From Williopsis jadinii (lineage: Eukaryota): DNA of 64,000 bases. The notes below the pieces were generated by a model. That model was not told the origin of the DNA, searched no databases, and saw only the letters and a list, made by a program, of their open reading frames with translations. The DNA lies in assembly GCA_024346625.1 (NCBI GenBank), contig AP024667.1, positions 1,116,001-1,180,000 of the forward strand. Direction: 5' to 3'. Positions 52,775-64,000 of the stretch are shown here, piece after piece. Numbering within the stretch: position 1 is the stretch's first letter; every line of letters begins with the position of its first letter. Both the position numbers and the translations under genes were made by a program.

Positions 52775-53925
52775 TGTTCCCTTCCCCGATTTAGTTCTCT
52801 TCTTGGTTTTTTTCCCCTTTCATACAGCGGCTTTGAGCTCCACATCATCTCTTTGTGGTTTTTTGTTTTTTTTTGCATAACAGAACACCAACGGACTTTT
52901 TTTGTTTTCCCGCGCCTGGGCCTGTCGGGCACGGCCGGTCTTGTCGTCTCCCGCTTTGTGCCTTCTGCCCTGTCATGTGGAGCGTGTGATGTCCGGGTGT
53001 TTGTTTCTTTGTTACAATTGTCGCGTGCTTAGGTAATCAAAATGAGCGCATTATGTAATCGCGCGGTTGGGCTTACGTAAGCAGGTGAGCGTGAAGGCGG
53101 AAGCGAGAACAAACGCTATGACGTGACTTCACACCCTTAAATCTATATTTGGATGCGTTCTTACAGCTCTTAGAGACAAGAAAGAATGGAAGGACGAGCA
53201 CAAGGCTTGGTGGAGATCTTTTCGTTTTGGGCGTGGGAAGGTTGTGTCACTGTGGTGGTGTTTTGGGCACGTGACGATGCTTTGTTGGCTTGTCCAGCTG
53301 GCCTGTTTGGAGCCTCTGCGCCGCTGAGCAGGTGCTCCTTCGCCACGGTTGGAGATGTGTTTCCCCCGGCAGAGCTGTTTCCCTCAGCAACAAACGCGCG
53401 CGCCTCCCATCGATTCTGCCCTCGCCCTCCCGCCCGCGCTGCCTGCGCTGTTTTCCCTACCGCAAAGGGCCACCCACACAGGCTTTTGAAGGCGAGAAAT
53501 TCGTAGCGGAGAGGGAAATTTTTGGAAATTCCAACCTGAAGACGGAATAAGCAAACGAGGTGGACGCAAAGAACTAAAACAACACAACAACAAGTTCTAT
53601 CGTCGATTGCAAAGAGAGAAACAACGGGTTCACTTGCTTGTTTGTTTGGAGACTGCTAATTCGTACACAACCTTCGCAGACCTGTTGAGATTTCTAGGAG
53701 GCGTGATTGTTTTGTCTGTCCTCGTGTTGTCCCAGTCTTTATTCCTTTGACTCCGTGTTGACGCTTCCGCACAGGCCCACAGAGACAGCAGCACAACGGG
53801 GAGCTCACAAGAAGGAGACCCCTATAAGCGATCTACAGCGTTTTCTTACTGAATCACACTCCTTTGGTTGTCCATACCTGATTCCTTCCCTTTTTTTGCA
53901 CTGAATTTGAAGAAGAGTGCCCCCA

Positions 53926-56900
53926 ATGTCGAGATACAATCCACAGCAGCCTTCGTTCACAACGACGACCGGCGGCAAGAACCCGAAGCAGATCCACATT
54001 GCGCATAGAAGATCACCAAGTGAGCTGACAAACCTGATGATGGAGCAGATAGCCTTGCAGCGCCAATTGGAGATTGTCCAGCAGCAACAGCATCAACTCT
54101 TGGCCCAGCAAACAGCGTCGCCTTCAGGCTCCGGGTTGGGCGCGAGCTCAAGTTCGCACGGTGCGGTTGGCGGTGGTAGCGGTGGTAACTTGCCTGTTCA
54201 GATACACAGACGTACCGGTAGTGGTAGTGGTGGCGGTAATGGCATGGGCAGTGTCTCAAACAATACGCATAGACGTGCCCAATCTTCTTCCATGACGGGT
54301 GCGATGGGTTCGTTCGCAATGCCATCGTCCACTGTTAACAGCGGCAACTCGGGTTCCAAGGGTAATGCTGCACAGGGCCACTTGAGAAGACACTCGTTGG
54401 GTTTGAACGAGGCTAAACGTGCGGCAGCTCAGGTCCAGGCCCAAAGAGCTGGTAAGGAGTTGCCTGGCACCAGCAGTAACGACGAGGACCGCTCTTCGAT
54501 GCCACCTCCTTCTGGGTTCAAGTTCCCACCAACTCTTGTTGAGCCACCATCGATGCATTCGCAGCAACAAGGTCATCAGCGGTCAAGATCGATGGCGTCT
54601 CCTCAGAAGCAAAACCCATACCAATTCCCACCAAGGGAGAATACCTTGTCACCTTCGCATCATCAGCAGCATGAACGCCGTCAATCTGGTCACTACAGAT
54701 CAAACTCTAGATCTTTTGACCAACAGTACAACAACAACAGTAACAACAATAGTAACAACAATAGAACCAGGCAAGGAAGAAATCACTCCCAACAGTTTGA
54801 TAATGGAAAGTTTTTGGCACCACCAGGTTCAAGTGGCGGATTTGTACCAGGACACAGGTCTCGTGGATCGCACGGTGGTGGCTCAATCTCCTCCATAAGT
54901 GGATTTCAATCACAAAGCGGTCGTAAGTCGTTGTTTGCACCATACTTACCGCAATCGTCAATCCCAGATTTGGTTGCTGATGGACGATTGGTGGTTGGTA
55001 CTTTGAGAGTCAACAAGAAGAACAGATCTGACGCGTATGTCTCAACTGATGGCTTGCTCGATGCAGATATCTTCATCTGTGGCTCAAAAGATCGTAACAG
55101 AGCATTGGAAGGTGACTTGGTTGCTGTTGAATTGCTGAGCGTTGATGAAGTTTGGTCAAGTAAAAGAGAAAAGGAAGAAAAGAAGAGACGTAAGGATAAC
55201 AACAATAGTTCTAATGGGCCTTCTGCAGGTGACATCGTTGATGATGTGCATAACGATGCCTCAACACATACATCGGGCGCTACCCAAGCATCTTCATCGG
55301 GGGCTGAATCAAAATCTGAGAGTGGGTTGCAAAGAAGGGGCTCTTTAAAACAACGTCCAACTTTAAAGAAGAACGATGACGTTGAAGTTGAAGGACAGTC
55401 ACTTTGCTAGTTGAAGAAGAAGAGATAAGCGATGAATACAAGCCTCTATACGCTGGACATGTTGTTGCAGTAATTGACCGTATTCCTGGTCAATTGTTTG
55501 CAGGTACATTAGGTTTACTCAGACCTTCACAACAGGTTAAAGAACAGACACAACCTGTTCAGAGACCTAAGATTGTTTGGTTCAAACCTACAGATAAGAA
55601 AGTTCCTCTAATTGCTATTCCAACAGAACAGGCACCTCGTGACTTTGTTGAGAACGTTGATAAGTACTTGAACAAAGTGTTTGTCGCCTCTATAAAACGT
55701 TGGCCGATTACATCTTTACACCCCTTTGGTACTTTGATATCCGAATTGGGTGTCATTAACGATCCAAAGATTGAAGTTGATGCTATTCTCAGAGATAACA
55801 ACTTTTTATGTGAGGAGTACTTGGATAACGATGGTGTGGAACGTGAAGATTTCGATTTGGATAACGTGGACTTGGATGAAGAGTTTGCAAAGAGACGCGA
55901 TTTCACAGATGAGTATGTGTTGGCCATTACAGAGACTGGTGAGTTTAGTGACCATGCCATCCATGTGAAGAGAATTGACAATGAAAAGATTGAGCTTGGT
56001 GTTCACATTGCTGATGTTACACAATATTTGAGGGAAGGTTCACCTTTGGATAAAAGTGCCAGAAAGAGATCCAGTTCTGTCTTTTTGGCTCAAAAGACTG
56101 TTCATTTGTTGCCTAAATTCCTGAACGACTTGGTTAGCTTCAAGAAGGGGGAAAAGAACCTCAGTGTATCAGTGGCTTTTGAGATTGACACAGCAACTTT
56201 TGAAATCGATAACGTGTGGATTGGTGAGAGTTTTGTGGAACCAAAGAATTTGTTATCCTTTGACGATATTGATTCAATCTTTGCAAATACAGATGAACTT
56301 GGCAACATCTCCTCTGCTTCAAAGGATTACGTCAAGACAATTGCATTGATATCCAGAGAGTTCAAACGTCAAAGATTGGAGAGTTCCAAATTGGATAGCA
56401 ATGTTGTCCTTTCACTTTTGGATCAAGTTGACGACGAAAAAGTTCGTCTGGATCTGAACCTATTTGAATCGAGCTTGTGTGGTTCTGTACTCAACGAGAT
56501 CTTTCTGAAAGTCAACAGTACTGTGGCTCAACGTGTCTATGCCATCTTGGGAGATACTGCTTTCTTGAGAAGGCACCCAATGCCAACTTTGCAAAAATTG
56601 GAGACTTTTAAACGCAAAGTTACACAGATGGGATTTGAAATCGATACTTCATCACCTGCATCTCTTGTGACATCAATCATCAACATCGAAGACAAAGTAT
56701 CCAGAGAATGTGTTGAAATTTTACTGTACAAGGCATTATCAAGATCGAAATACTTCATCGCTGGTAAAGTTGAACCGGAGAATTATTTATCCTTTTACTT
56801 CAATTTACCTCTCTATACCCATTTCACTTCGCCTTTGAGACGCTATGCTGATATCATTGTCCATAGACAGTTGAAGAAGACTTTGAAAGGAAATGGGGAA

Positions 56901-57578
56901 ACCATTGTTGTTACTGATGAAGATTTGGAGTCTTTAAAGATGACTGCAGAGTACTGCAATTTCAAGAAGGATTGTGCAAAGGCTGCTCAGGATCAAAGTG
57001 TTCACCTTCTTCTATGCCAAACTTTGAACAAAATTGCACATTCCACAGGACAAGTGATTGTTATGGCTACTGTGTTACAAGTTTATGAGAGTGCCTTTGA
57101 CGTTTTCATTCCAGAATTTGGAATCGAAAAGAGGGTACACGGAGATCAACTGCCTTTAAAGAAGGCTGAATTTGACAATGCCAACAGCGTATTGGAGCTA
57201 TACTGGGAGAAGGGAATTGACACTGCCACCTACATCCCAGATGACGAGCGCGAACCTTTAAGTTATCGTAACTCTATCAAGAACAAGTTTAAGGTGGGCA
57301 CCAACGAGATTGCCTCAAAGTTGCAAAATAGCTCATCGGCTGATGACTCCGTGTGTGAAGAATTTGCAAAGTTGAAATTGACACCACCAAGTATTCCTGA
57401 GATGAAGCACAAAACGTTGGACGACTTATTCCAAAACGTTCCTTTGAGAGTTGAAGGTGACGATCTGGTGCAAGAGATACACGAATTGAGCCAAGTCCCA
57501 ATCCTATTGAGAGCTGAGATTGGTATGGCCTTGCCATGTTTGACTGTCCATGCTGTCAATCCATTCACTAACTACTGA
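53926..57578 (+). CDS. SSD1: RNase II-like pseudonuclease mRNA-binding protein; frameshift at about 55402-55405
   Basis: QIHIAHRRSPSELTNLM, several HxRxxS Cbk1 sites, RKSLFAPYLPQ, DRNRALEGDLVAVE and HFTSPLRRYAD. The conserved VEGQSLLLVEEEE is split between two frames. Confidence 0.95.
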
Positions 57579-58720
57579 GCTTTTGCTCTTGGTTTTTTCC
57601 ACCTGTTTATATCAATTTTTTGAGATTGTTTGTTGTTGTTGTTGTTGTTTTGAGGGGCTCCAGGGATATAATAATGTCCTGAGGAGACCACTCGTCGTTT
57701 GAAGTTCCATTTCATGTCATGTGTTTCCGTTTTATAGTGTCTTTTTGTAGTCCCTGGAGAAGCATTAGATACAAGCACCGCTTAATAGTTACTGCGTAGC
57801 CGAGCAGCGAAAGAACCGGGTAACCCCGACGTGCCTATTGTTCCCAATTCCGGGACAGAAGAAACAAGGAGCAGGAGGCGAATTGCAAGCGAAAGAAAAC
57901 ACGACAAAAGTGGCCTCCATTGTCAACTGTGACACATCTCACTGTGGTTGCCTACGCCGGTCCATTGTGTCCAGTATTTTATACTGCTGGCGTAGAAAAA
58001 AATTATCGCCACCATGCCTGAAAGATCTGTAGCGAGCAAAAAAGATAAGACAAAGATGAACATCACCATCAACACTCAGAACGTCTGATCTCGGCTCCTG
58101 CTTGGTCTCTCGCGCCCTCCCTCCCTCCCACTCTTCACAGTTTGAACGACAAGAACATTTCGCCAACCCTTTTCTGCTGTTCCTTTTTTGCCAGGGCTGT
58201 GTAAAAGGTGATGTGCACTGCTCATAGGGGAAGAGAAAACGTGGGACGTGCTGAGATAAGGCAGGAAAAAGCATGGGAGGAAGCAGAACCGCAACAGCAG
58301 TCGAAGCGAAGCCGGTGTATAGTGACAACCCAGGGCTAACACCCGCTATAACATCATATGTTGCACAGAGTAAACAAAGAGCTATGAGGGAAGGCCGCAC
58401 TGTTGCAAATGGCCAAACAAACGGCAAAGAAGTAGGATAAATGAATGATTGAAAAAGGGTAAATAAACACACGGTGGTGTCCGTAAAACAAAGTCACGCA
58501 AGGAAAATTTCAACAGGGCAGCGGCCAAATGCAAGGGTGTTTGTGTTGTTTTTCTGTTTGTGTATTCCTTATATCTCTTAGTGTCTCGCACAGTTTACAA
58601 TTTGCTTAAGAAGAGGACAGCTCGCCTCTTCTTTCTACCAAGAGCTCGCACTGTTTACGTCCTTGTTGTGAACATCAAGAGCTGCACACATCAGGAACAG
58701 CTTTTTTTCGATTTGGAACA

Positions 58721-60550
58721 ATGACTATTGCGTACAAGAGGAAGGTATCGTTCGACTCGCTTGCTCCGTTCACGCCAACTGAGCCCGATGATCCCCCATA
58801 CATTCCACCGCAGTACGCTACAAAGAGGAAGAAGGCGCTGGATTTGAGCTATGGGTTCGACTCCAAGCCAAAGGTGGATGTCAATGATCTGTTTGACTCT
58901 TTCAACCAGATTCCCTACGGCCGCCGCCCTTCTCTGACCCCGAACATGGCGTCGACGTCAGCGGTCCCCACAAAGGCTCCGAAGTTACCCCCACCTCCAA
59001 AGAAGTCCATACTGAAAGTGAGCGACAAAGGCTGTGCGTTGAATCTTGTTGGCGATAACGAAGCTTCGAGGAAGAAGTCTCTTGTTGATATGACACCTGA
59101 GGAGCTGATGGCGATGGATTCTCAGTTCCGGAAGGGGGTTTCGTTGGAGAAGTTGAAGTTTGACGGTGACGGTTACTTGCCAATGCAGAACTTGACCAAG
59201 CTTGAGTCGAACCATATGTCGATGACTACCAACGTTGATAAGTTCATTGGAACCACGGTCAACAACAAAAATGTGCTGACCCCGTCGATTGCAAACTACA
59301 ACTCTTATTCGACAACCTTTACACATGAAGGGATGAATTCGTACATACAAGACCATCTGCACAAGTTGAAATCCATGTCGCAGGAGACCTTGCCCAAGAA
59401 CGAGTCCACGCTGAATGAAGAGCTGCCCCCAAGTTTACGAGATTTGGCTGTTTACATCAGTGGTAGACGGCACACGTGGAGCGCATTGGATTGGACGTTG
59501 AAGCAGGTTGTTAAAGATGGGGACCATCTAGTCATCATAGCGCAGATTCCCGAAAAGGTTGCGCTTGATCCAGTGAACTATTATGGAGGTTATCGAGCAA
59601 GTACTAACGAAAGTGACGATCCAAGTGACTCTGATAAGAAGTTACCACCTTATGATTATTTAGAAGTTGACGAGGTATATGGGAGTGAAGGCATAAGAGA
59701 CGAGGCGCATAGAATAGTTGCATACGCTTTCAAATTCTTGGAGAGTTTGGGCAGAAAGGAGTTGAAGATTAGTGTCACTGTTGAGCTGATAAGAGAGGCA
59801 GACGTTGAGAAGTTGCTGAACAAGGCATTTACACTGTACACCCCAGATTTGTTCATTGCATCCACTATGAGAGTGAAGTACAACGCCCTCTCGGCTAAGA
59901 ACAAGAGAATCCCATTCTATGCATCGACCAAATTGTGTGTTCCAACAGTTGTTATCCCTTCGACCCTAGTTGATGACTCCCTCATTAGCATGGAGAAATC
60001 AACAAAGACGACACCATTCAAGAGCATTTCGGATCTCAATGGATTCCTTGATTCAATGGGCGACGACGATGAGACATTTAAATATGAGACGCCAGTTAAG
60101 AATGCGCATTCAAGGTATATATTCGATCCATACAGCACCCCACTGGTGTGTTCGAACACCTCCACAACCACTGATACAACTGCTAGCGAGGCCAATGACC
60201 CGTCTGACTACCTCGGCTTGGTTTCGACTAATTCCACAGGTAGAATCAAATTCATGGACAACCTGCAAACCCCAAAGAGTGGAGCAGGCATGTATGGTAA
60301 CGGTTCTAGAAGAAATTCACACGGCTCAGGGGTCTACAAAGTGAAGAGTCTGTTGGATGCCGATCCCACGCCTGTGGAGAGATCAAAGTCCTACTCCAGT
60401 CCAATGACAAACAGCATATCTAATGGTTCGGCCTACAGCGCTGGTAAAAAGATCGCTGGCCCTGGAATCAAACAGGTCAAGTCTGATTCCCAGGTCCCAA
60501 CGGAAAAGAAGAAGAAAGGTTTGTTTGGGCTCTTCAAACGTAAGAAATGA
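58721..60550 (+). CDS. Uncharacterised protein with a USP-like (adenine nucleotide alpha hydrolase-like) domain
   Basis: 609 aa; LAVYISG...ALDWTLKQVVKDGDHLVII...CVPTVVI is a USP-like pattern. N-terminal KRKVSFD and basic C-terminus. Confidence 0.7.
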   Translation: MTIAYKRKVSFDSLAPFTPTEPDDPPYIPPQYATKRKKALDLSYGFDSKPKVDVNDLFDSFNQIPYGRRPSLTPNMASTSAVPTKAPKLPPPPKKSILKVSDKGCALNLVGDNEASRKKSLVDMTPEELMAMDSQFRKGVSLEKLKFDGDGYLPMQNLTKLESNHMSMTTNVDKFIGTTVNNKNVLTPSIANYNSYSTTFTHEGMNSYIQDHLHKLKSMSQETLPKNESTLNEELPPSLRDLAVYISGRRHTWSALDWTLKQVVKDGDHLVIIAQIPEKVALDPVNYYGGYRASTNESDDPSDSDKKLPPYDYLEVDEVYGSEGIRDEAHRIVAYAFKFLESLGRKELKISVTVELIREADVEKLLNKAFTLYTPDLFIASTMRVKYNALSAKNKRIPFYASTKLCVPTVVIPSTLVDDSLISMEKSTKTTPFKSISDLNGFLDSMGDDDETFKYETPVKNAHSRYIFDPYSTPLVCSNTSTTTDTTASEANDPSDYLGLVSTNSTGRIKFMDNLQTPKSGAGMYGNGSRRNSHGSGVYKVKSLLDADPTPVERSKSYSSPMTNSISNGSAYSAGKKIAGPGIKQVKSDSQVPTEKKKKGLFGLFKRKK

Positions 60551-60904
60551 ATCGACTGCTATGCCTTGTATGTGTTTATAAAGAGAGAATGAGAGACAAA
60601 TATATGAATGTATGGATGTAATTGATAAGCTGTTTGACGTCATAGCGATAAGCAAAGACACAGCGATGAGCAGAAGGAAAAAAAAATGACCGGTGCGTGA
60701 TCTCCAAGACCCCGCAAAAAGCCCCTAGAAACATATGTGGTGTTCGGATGGTGGAGTAGAGCAGCTTAGATTGGTTTGGGGGATGATGGCACGAGAGTTG
60801 AATATATAAAGCCCTCATAGGATCTTCCTTCATCCCCTGATGCCATTGCTTCTGAGCTTCACGTTCGTTGCTATCATCAATCGCAAGTCATTACAAAGTT
60901 CACA

Positions 60905-61153
60905 ATGCTAACACCAGTTTTCAAATCAGCAGCTGTAGGCTTCGTCACGGGCTCTACCGTGCCATTGCTAGTCACTACGCTGTACTTGATGCCACAACAC
61001 CAGTACTCTGAGCAGCAGGAATTGAACTGGTTGAAGAGAATTGTTGGCGTGTTGACCTGGCAAGTCAAGAAGCTGGAGGCGAGACAGCGGGGTATCGATA
61101 CTGCTAAGCTATCTGAAGGTTACAGAGATGGGTTATACTGGGCCGGATTCTAA
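60905..61153 (+). CDS. Small uncharacterised protein with one hydrophobic segment
   Basis: 82-aa ATG ORF with TATATAAA at 60803 and A at -3; GC-richer than the AT-rich sequence that follows its stop. Confidence 0.55.
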   Translation: MLTPVFKSAAVGFVTGSTVPLLVTTLYLMPQHQYSEQQELNWLKRIVGVLTWQVKKLEARQRGIDTAKLSEGYRDGLYWAGF

Positions 61154-61737
61154 GCACTATACCCTACTCTCTACACTTTCAATTTTGCATCACGTTACTA
61201 CAGATTACTACAATGAAACTACATTCGAATTATAACTCAATTGACTTGAGCTATTCTCTTTTTATTCTCTTTTTTTTTTATTACTGTTATCATGGTCAAT
61301 TATATGGCATTGAAACTGATTACATTCGCTTGCAATATAGTTTGACCAGTTCTTTCGTCATCAACATTCTAACTTCATGGTTAAGACATCAATCGACATG
61401 GCAGGTTCATTATTATTCATTGATTAACCATACTATTACAAATCCATATCTCCATTGATTTATTTGAGATTTCAGAGCCATTAAACACCTTTTTTTTTTC
61501 GATATTATTGACATTTTTATATTTTTAAGAAACATCATATATTGAATACATTACAGTAGATACACCAATTAATAATGGAAAGAAACACACTATATTATCC
61601 TGGATACATGTTTTCTCCTCAAAATCAATTTGAAACCCCTTTAAATCCATTGGAATGACCAATTTTTTGTGTAATTTCTTTTGGTCTATGCACAAAATTG
61701 ATCAACATTATGATTATTCAACAGAAAGTTACCGATC

Positions 61738-64000
61738 TCAATCCTTATGTCCATAGTTTTTCTTAACAGTTGCTGCAAGCTTCCGCAATTCTAATATACT
61801 CCGTGGTACACTTTCTTCTGTTTCAATGACATCAGAGGAGTGTTCTTGGGTAGTTTTAGGTTCAAAGTTTGGTTTGTTCAAGATCAACGGGGTGTAGGCT
61901 GACCGACTTGCAAATGTGATATTTGACAAGTTTGAAATGGTGGAGCTTGAGTCATTAAAAGACGGGGTTTGTAAAAGATCAGAAGATTTTGGCTTTGGTG
62001 TTGTGTAAACTTCAACTTTCTTCTTGTGCATCTTAACAGTATGGAACTGAGAGTCCAATACAGTGGTCAGGGGTTTAGCAATTTCCTTTGGTTCAACAAT
62101 TGGCTTCTTTAATGGCACCTTAAACAGATTATCCTTCTTATCTGACAACAGTTGGGGGATTTGTTTGCCCATAGGCGAATATTCCAAATAACGGGAGAGG
62201 TATTGCGGAACTTTTTTCTCAGAGACATCTTTATGGATGACAGGGCCTGAACTCACAGGTCTTTTAGGGTCCCTGTTCAGAAGACCCAGAGGTTTGGGCT
62301 TACTGTACTTCTCATTGTATTCACCTTTGGCACTCAATTCGATTTTCAGACCCATGGAATCAATGATACTTTGAATCGGTTCACAATTCAAGCTTGGGTT
62401 CAGTTTAACCAGTTCAATAGATTCAATACAACCGTTGGGTGGGATTCCTAATTCGTTCAATATATCTTCTTTGGAGAACTTTATGATACCTTCAAATTCC
62501 CAATAAACAATGAGAATTTGGAATTTGAAATTTGTATTTAGAGAGATACCTTCAACCAATTCACGAAGTATCAAACTCTGTTCACGGATCTTTTCGACAC
62601 CATCACAATTGAAGACAAGCACACTTACATTTTCAAAAATATGAGGGTTGATTTCACAAGATCCAATAATTTCAAGTTCAACGTTACCCTGATGGAGAAC
62701 GTGCTTCAGATCTTCACCAATACAAAACTTTCTTCTCAGGAACTTTGACGTTGTAGATTCAAACTCTTCAAAGAACACAAGCAGTTCATATTTTTCAAAG
62801 GGTAACCGACTTAGATTTGTCAACATTCTTTCAAAGTTAAATCCGCTCAAGTCAACTGGTTTAACACTTGGTTTGTTGTTTGTAACAAGAGAACTGGTTA
62901 CAGCACCTGAAAGAACTCTTTTCCTCTTGAATGCCTGTGGAATACCAAAATTCTTTGAGGTTACGACAAACTCCTCTCTTCTTCTCTTCTTCAATTCTTG
63001 CTTCTTTTTGATTTTAGAGGCAACTTTGATAACCTTCCATACCAGCTTTTGTTTCAATTTGTTATTTCTAAAGTTTTCTGCAATGACATCCATAGTTTCA
63101 AAATAGATCAATTCACTGATGAATGCCTCATAAAGTCCTTGACTATAGGACTCTAATAGCACTCTTCTACGTCTCTCTGTTTGAACTTGAGCATCAGCAA
63201 GTGGCTTAACAATACTTTGAACTTCTTCTTTAACAACTTTCCCAATGATCGTTGAACTCAAAGAATCGGCAACAGTATTAACAACTTGTCTCAGTCTCTC
63301 TTGTCTTTCTAATCTCAATTGGCGCTGGTTTTCCTCCACTAATTTTTGTTCCTCCACTTTCTGACGTGCCAATTCTCTCTCAGCAGCAATGGCATCAGCT
63401 CGAGCCTTAGCTTTAATTTCTTCCTCTTGTTTAAGACGCTGTTTTTCAGCAGTTATTTCGTGTTCTCTTTGTTGTTTTTGCAGGGCCTCTGTATCCTCAG
63501 TAGGGTTTTGAACTTTTGGCTCTGAATTTGGAAATGAGAATTGATATGCCGATGTATTATGGTTCACATTCCCAAAAGATGTTTGCTGTGGTACAGACTG
63601 GATGCCATTCTGTGCTCCACCTTGGAATACAAAAGATGTAGATTGCTGAGAGCCAAAAGATGGTACGGTTGTTGAACGTGAATTGTGTCCAAACGTCAAC
63701 CCCAAGTTTGATTGGCCAATATTGACAACATCCTTATACGAGGACACCTTGGAGTCATGCCAGGTACAAAAGGATTGTCTAAAGGGTCTATGATCTGGAA
63801 TCAAGTGAGAATTATGAGTCAATGAGAAAATGTCAACATATTTCTTTCCTTCCAATATGGAGATCTGCACACCGTAATAATTGCAGAAATCACTCAAATC
63901 CGACTCATCATTGAATGCAAGTAGTTCGATAAAAAAATTCACAGGGTAAGGCTTTGCCCTCGTATGCAAAGATCTCCTAATGGCCTTAAATGCATAAAAT
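61738..64000 (-). CDS. SAC3: TREX-2 mRNA export scaffold, C-terminal part (5' end lies beyond the window)
   Basis: Frame is open to the window edge. FYAFKAIRRSLH...DFCNYYG resembles the end of the Sac3/GANP domain, followed by a coiled coil and the CID-like LYEAFISELIY. Confidence 0.8.
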   Translation of the reverse strand, partial: FYAFKAIRRSLHTRAKPYPVNFFIELLAFNDESDLSDFCNYYGVQISILEGKKYVDIFSLTHNSHLIPDHRPFRQSFCTWHDSKVSSYKDVVNIGQSNLGLTFGHNSRSTTVPSFGSQQSTSFVFQGGAQNGIQSVPQQTSFGNVNHNTSAYQFSFPNSEPKVQNPTEDTEALQKQQREHEITAEKQRLKQEEEIKAKARADAIAAERELARQKVEEQKLVEENQRQLRLERQERLRQVVNTVADSLSSTIIGKVVKEEVQSIVKPLADAQVQTERRRRVLLESYSQGLYEAFISELIYFETMDVIAENFRNNKLKQKLVWKVIKVASKIKKKQELKKRRREEFVVTSKNFGIPQAFKRKRVLSGAVTSSLVTNNKPSVKPVDLSGFNFERMLTNLSRLPFEKYELLVFFEEFESTTSKFLRRKFCIGEDLKHVLHQGNVELEIIGSCEINPHIFENVSVLVFNCDGVEKIREQSLILRELVEGISLNTNFKFQILIVYWEFEGIIKFSKEDILNELGIPPNGCIESIELVKLNPSLNCEPIQSIIDSMGLKIELSAKGEYNEKYSKPKPLGLLNRDPKRPVSSGPVIHKDVSEKKVPQYLSRYLEYSPMGKQIPQLLSDKKDNLFKVPLKKPIVEPKEIAKPLTTVLDSQFHTVKMHKKKVEVYTTPKPKSSDLLQTPSFNDSSSTISNLSNITFASRSAYTPLILNKPNFEPKTTQEHSSDVIETEESVPRSILELRKLAATVKKNYGHKD

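Noticed and set aside
57939..58472. 177-aa minus-strand ORF and other short ORFs in large intergenic regions (34304-35318, 37160-38175, 53186-53904)
   Set aside because: Mostly non-ATG starts or low-complexity promoter-like composition, with no recognisable motifs.
61189..61737. Point centromere (ATCACGTT followed by AT-rich DNA)
   Set aside because: CDEI is imperfect, there is no CCGAA CDEIII at a proper distance, and AT content looks lower than in a true CDEII.

Overview
Gene-dense, intron-poor chromosomal segment of a budding yeast (Saccharomycotina). CTG encodes conserved Leu in VMA2 (GSLER, KLSLEF), so this is not a CUG-Ser clade species; a Cyberlindnera/Wickerhamomyces-like lineage is my guess only. 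About 29 protein genes in order: PTK2-like kinase, LAA1, CBP1, Pmp3-domain protein, NUC1, F-box protein, RNH203, ASG1, acidic coiled-coil protein, STS1, RTT10/TRM734 (frameshifted), RTC6 (mitochondrial bL36), PAN2 (one intron), ILS1, AAR2, a TilS-like lysidine synthetase, an Mtr-like amino acid permease, ATG14, VMA2, an atypical Ras-like protein, DIT2, DTR1, PNGase A, FTH1, MDM36, PTC4, SSD1 (frameshifted), a USP-domain protein with PP1-docking motifs, an 82-aa orphan ORF and the 3' part of SAC3. I found no tRNA, rRNA, transposon or CRISPR. The most notable items are the degenerate Ras-like protein, a divergent DIT2-DTR1 pair without DIT1, TilS next to ILS1, an orphan intron-like element followed by hairpins in a 1.5-kb intergenic region, a recurrent Rap1-like promoter motif, a roughly helically phased TCGGAA array, and two single-base frameshifts. 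Gene names come from recalled sequence similarity and recalled synteny, not from database searches.
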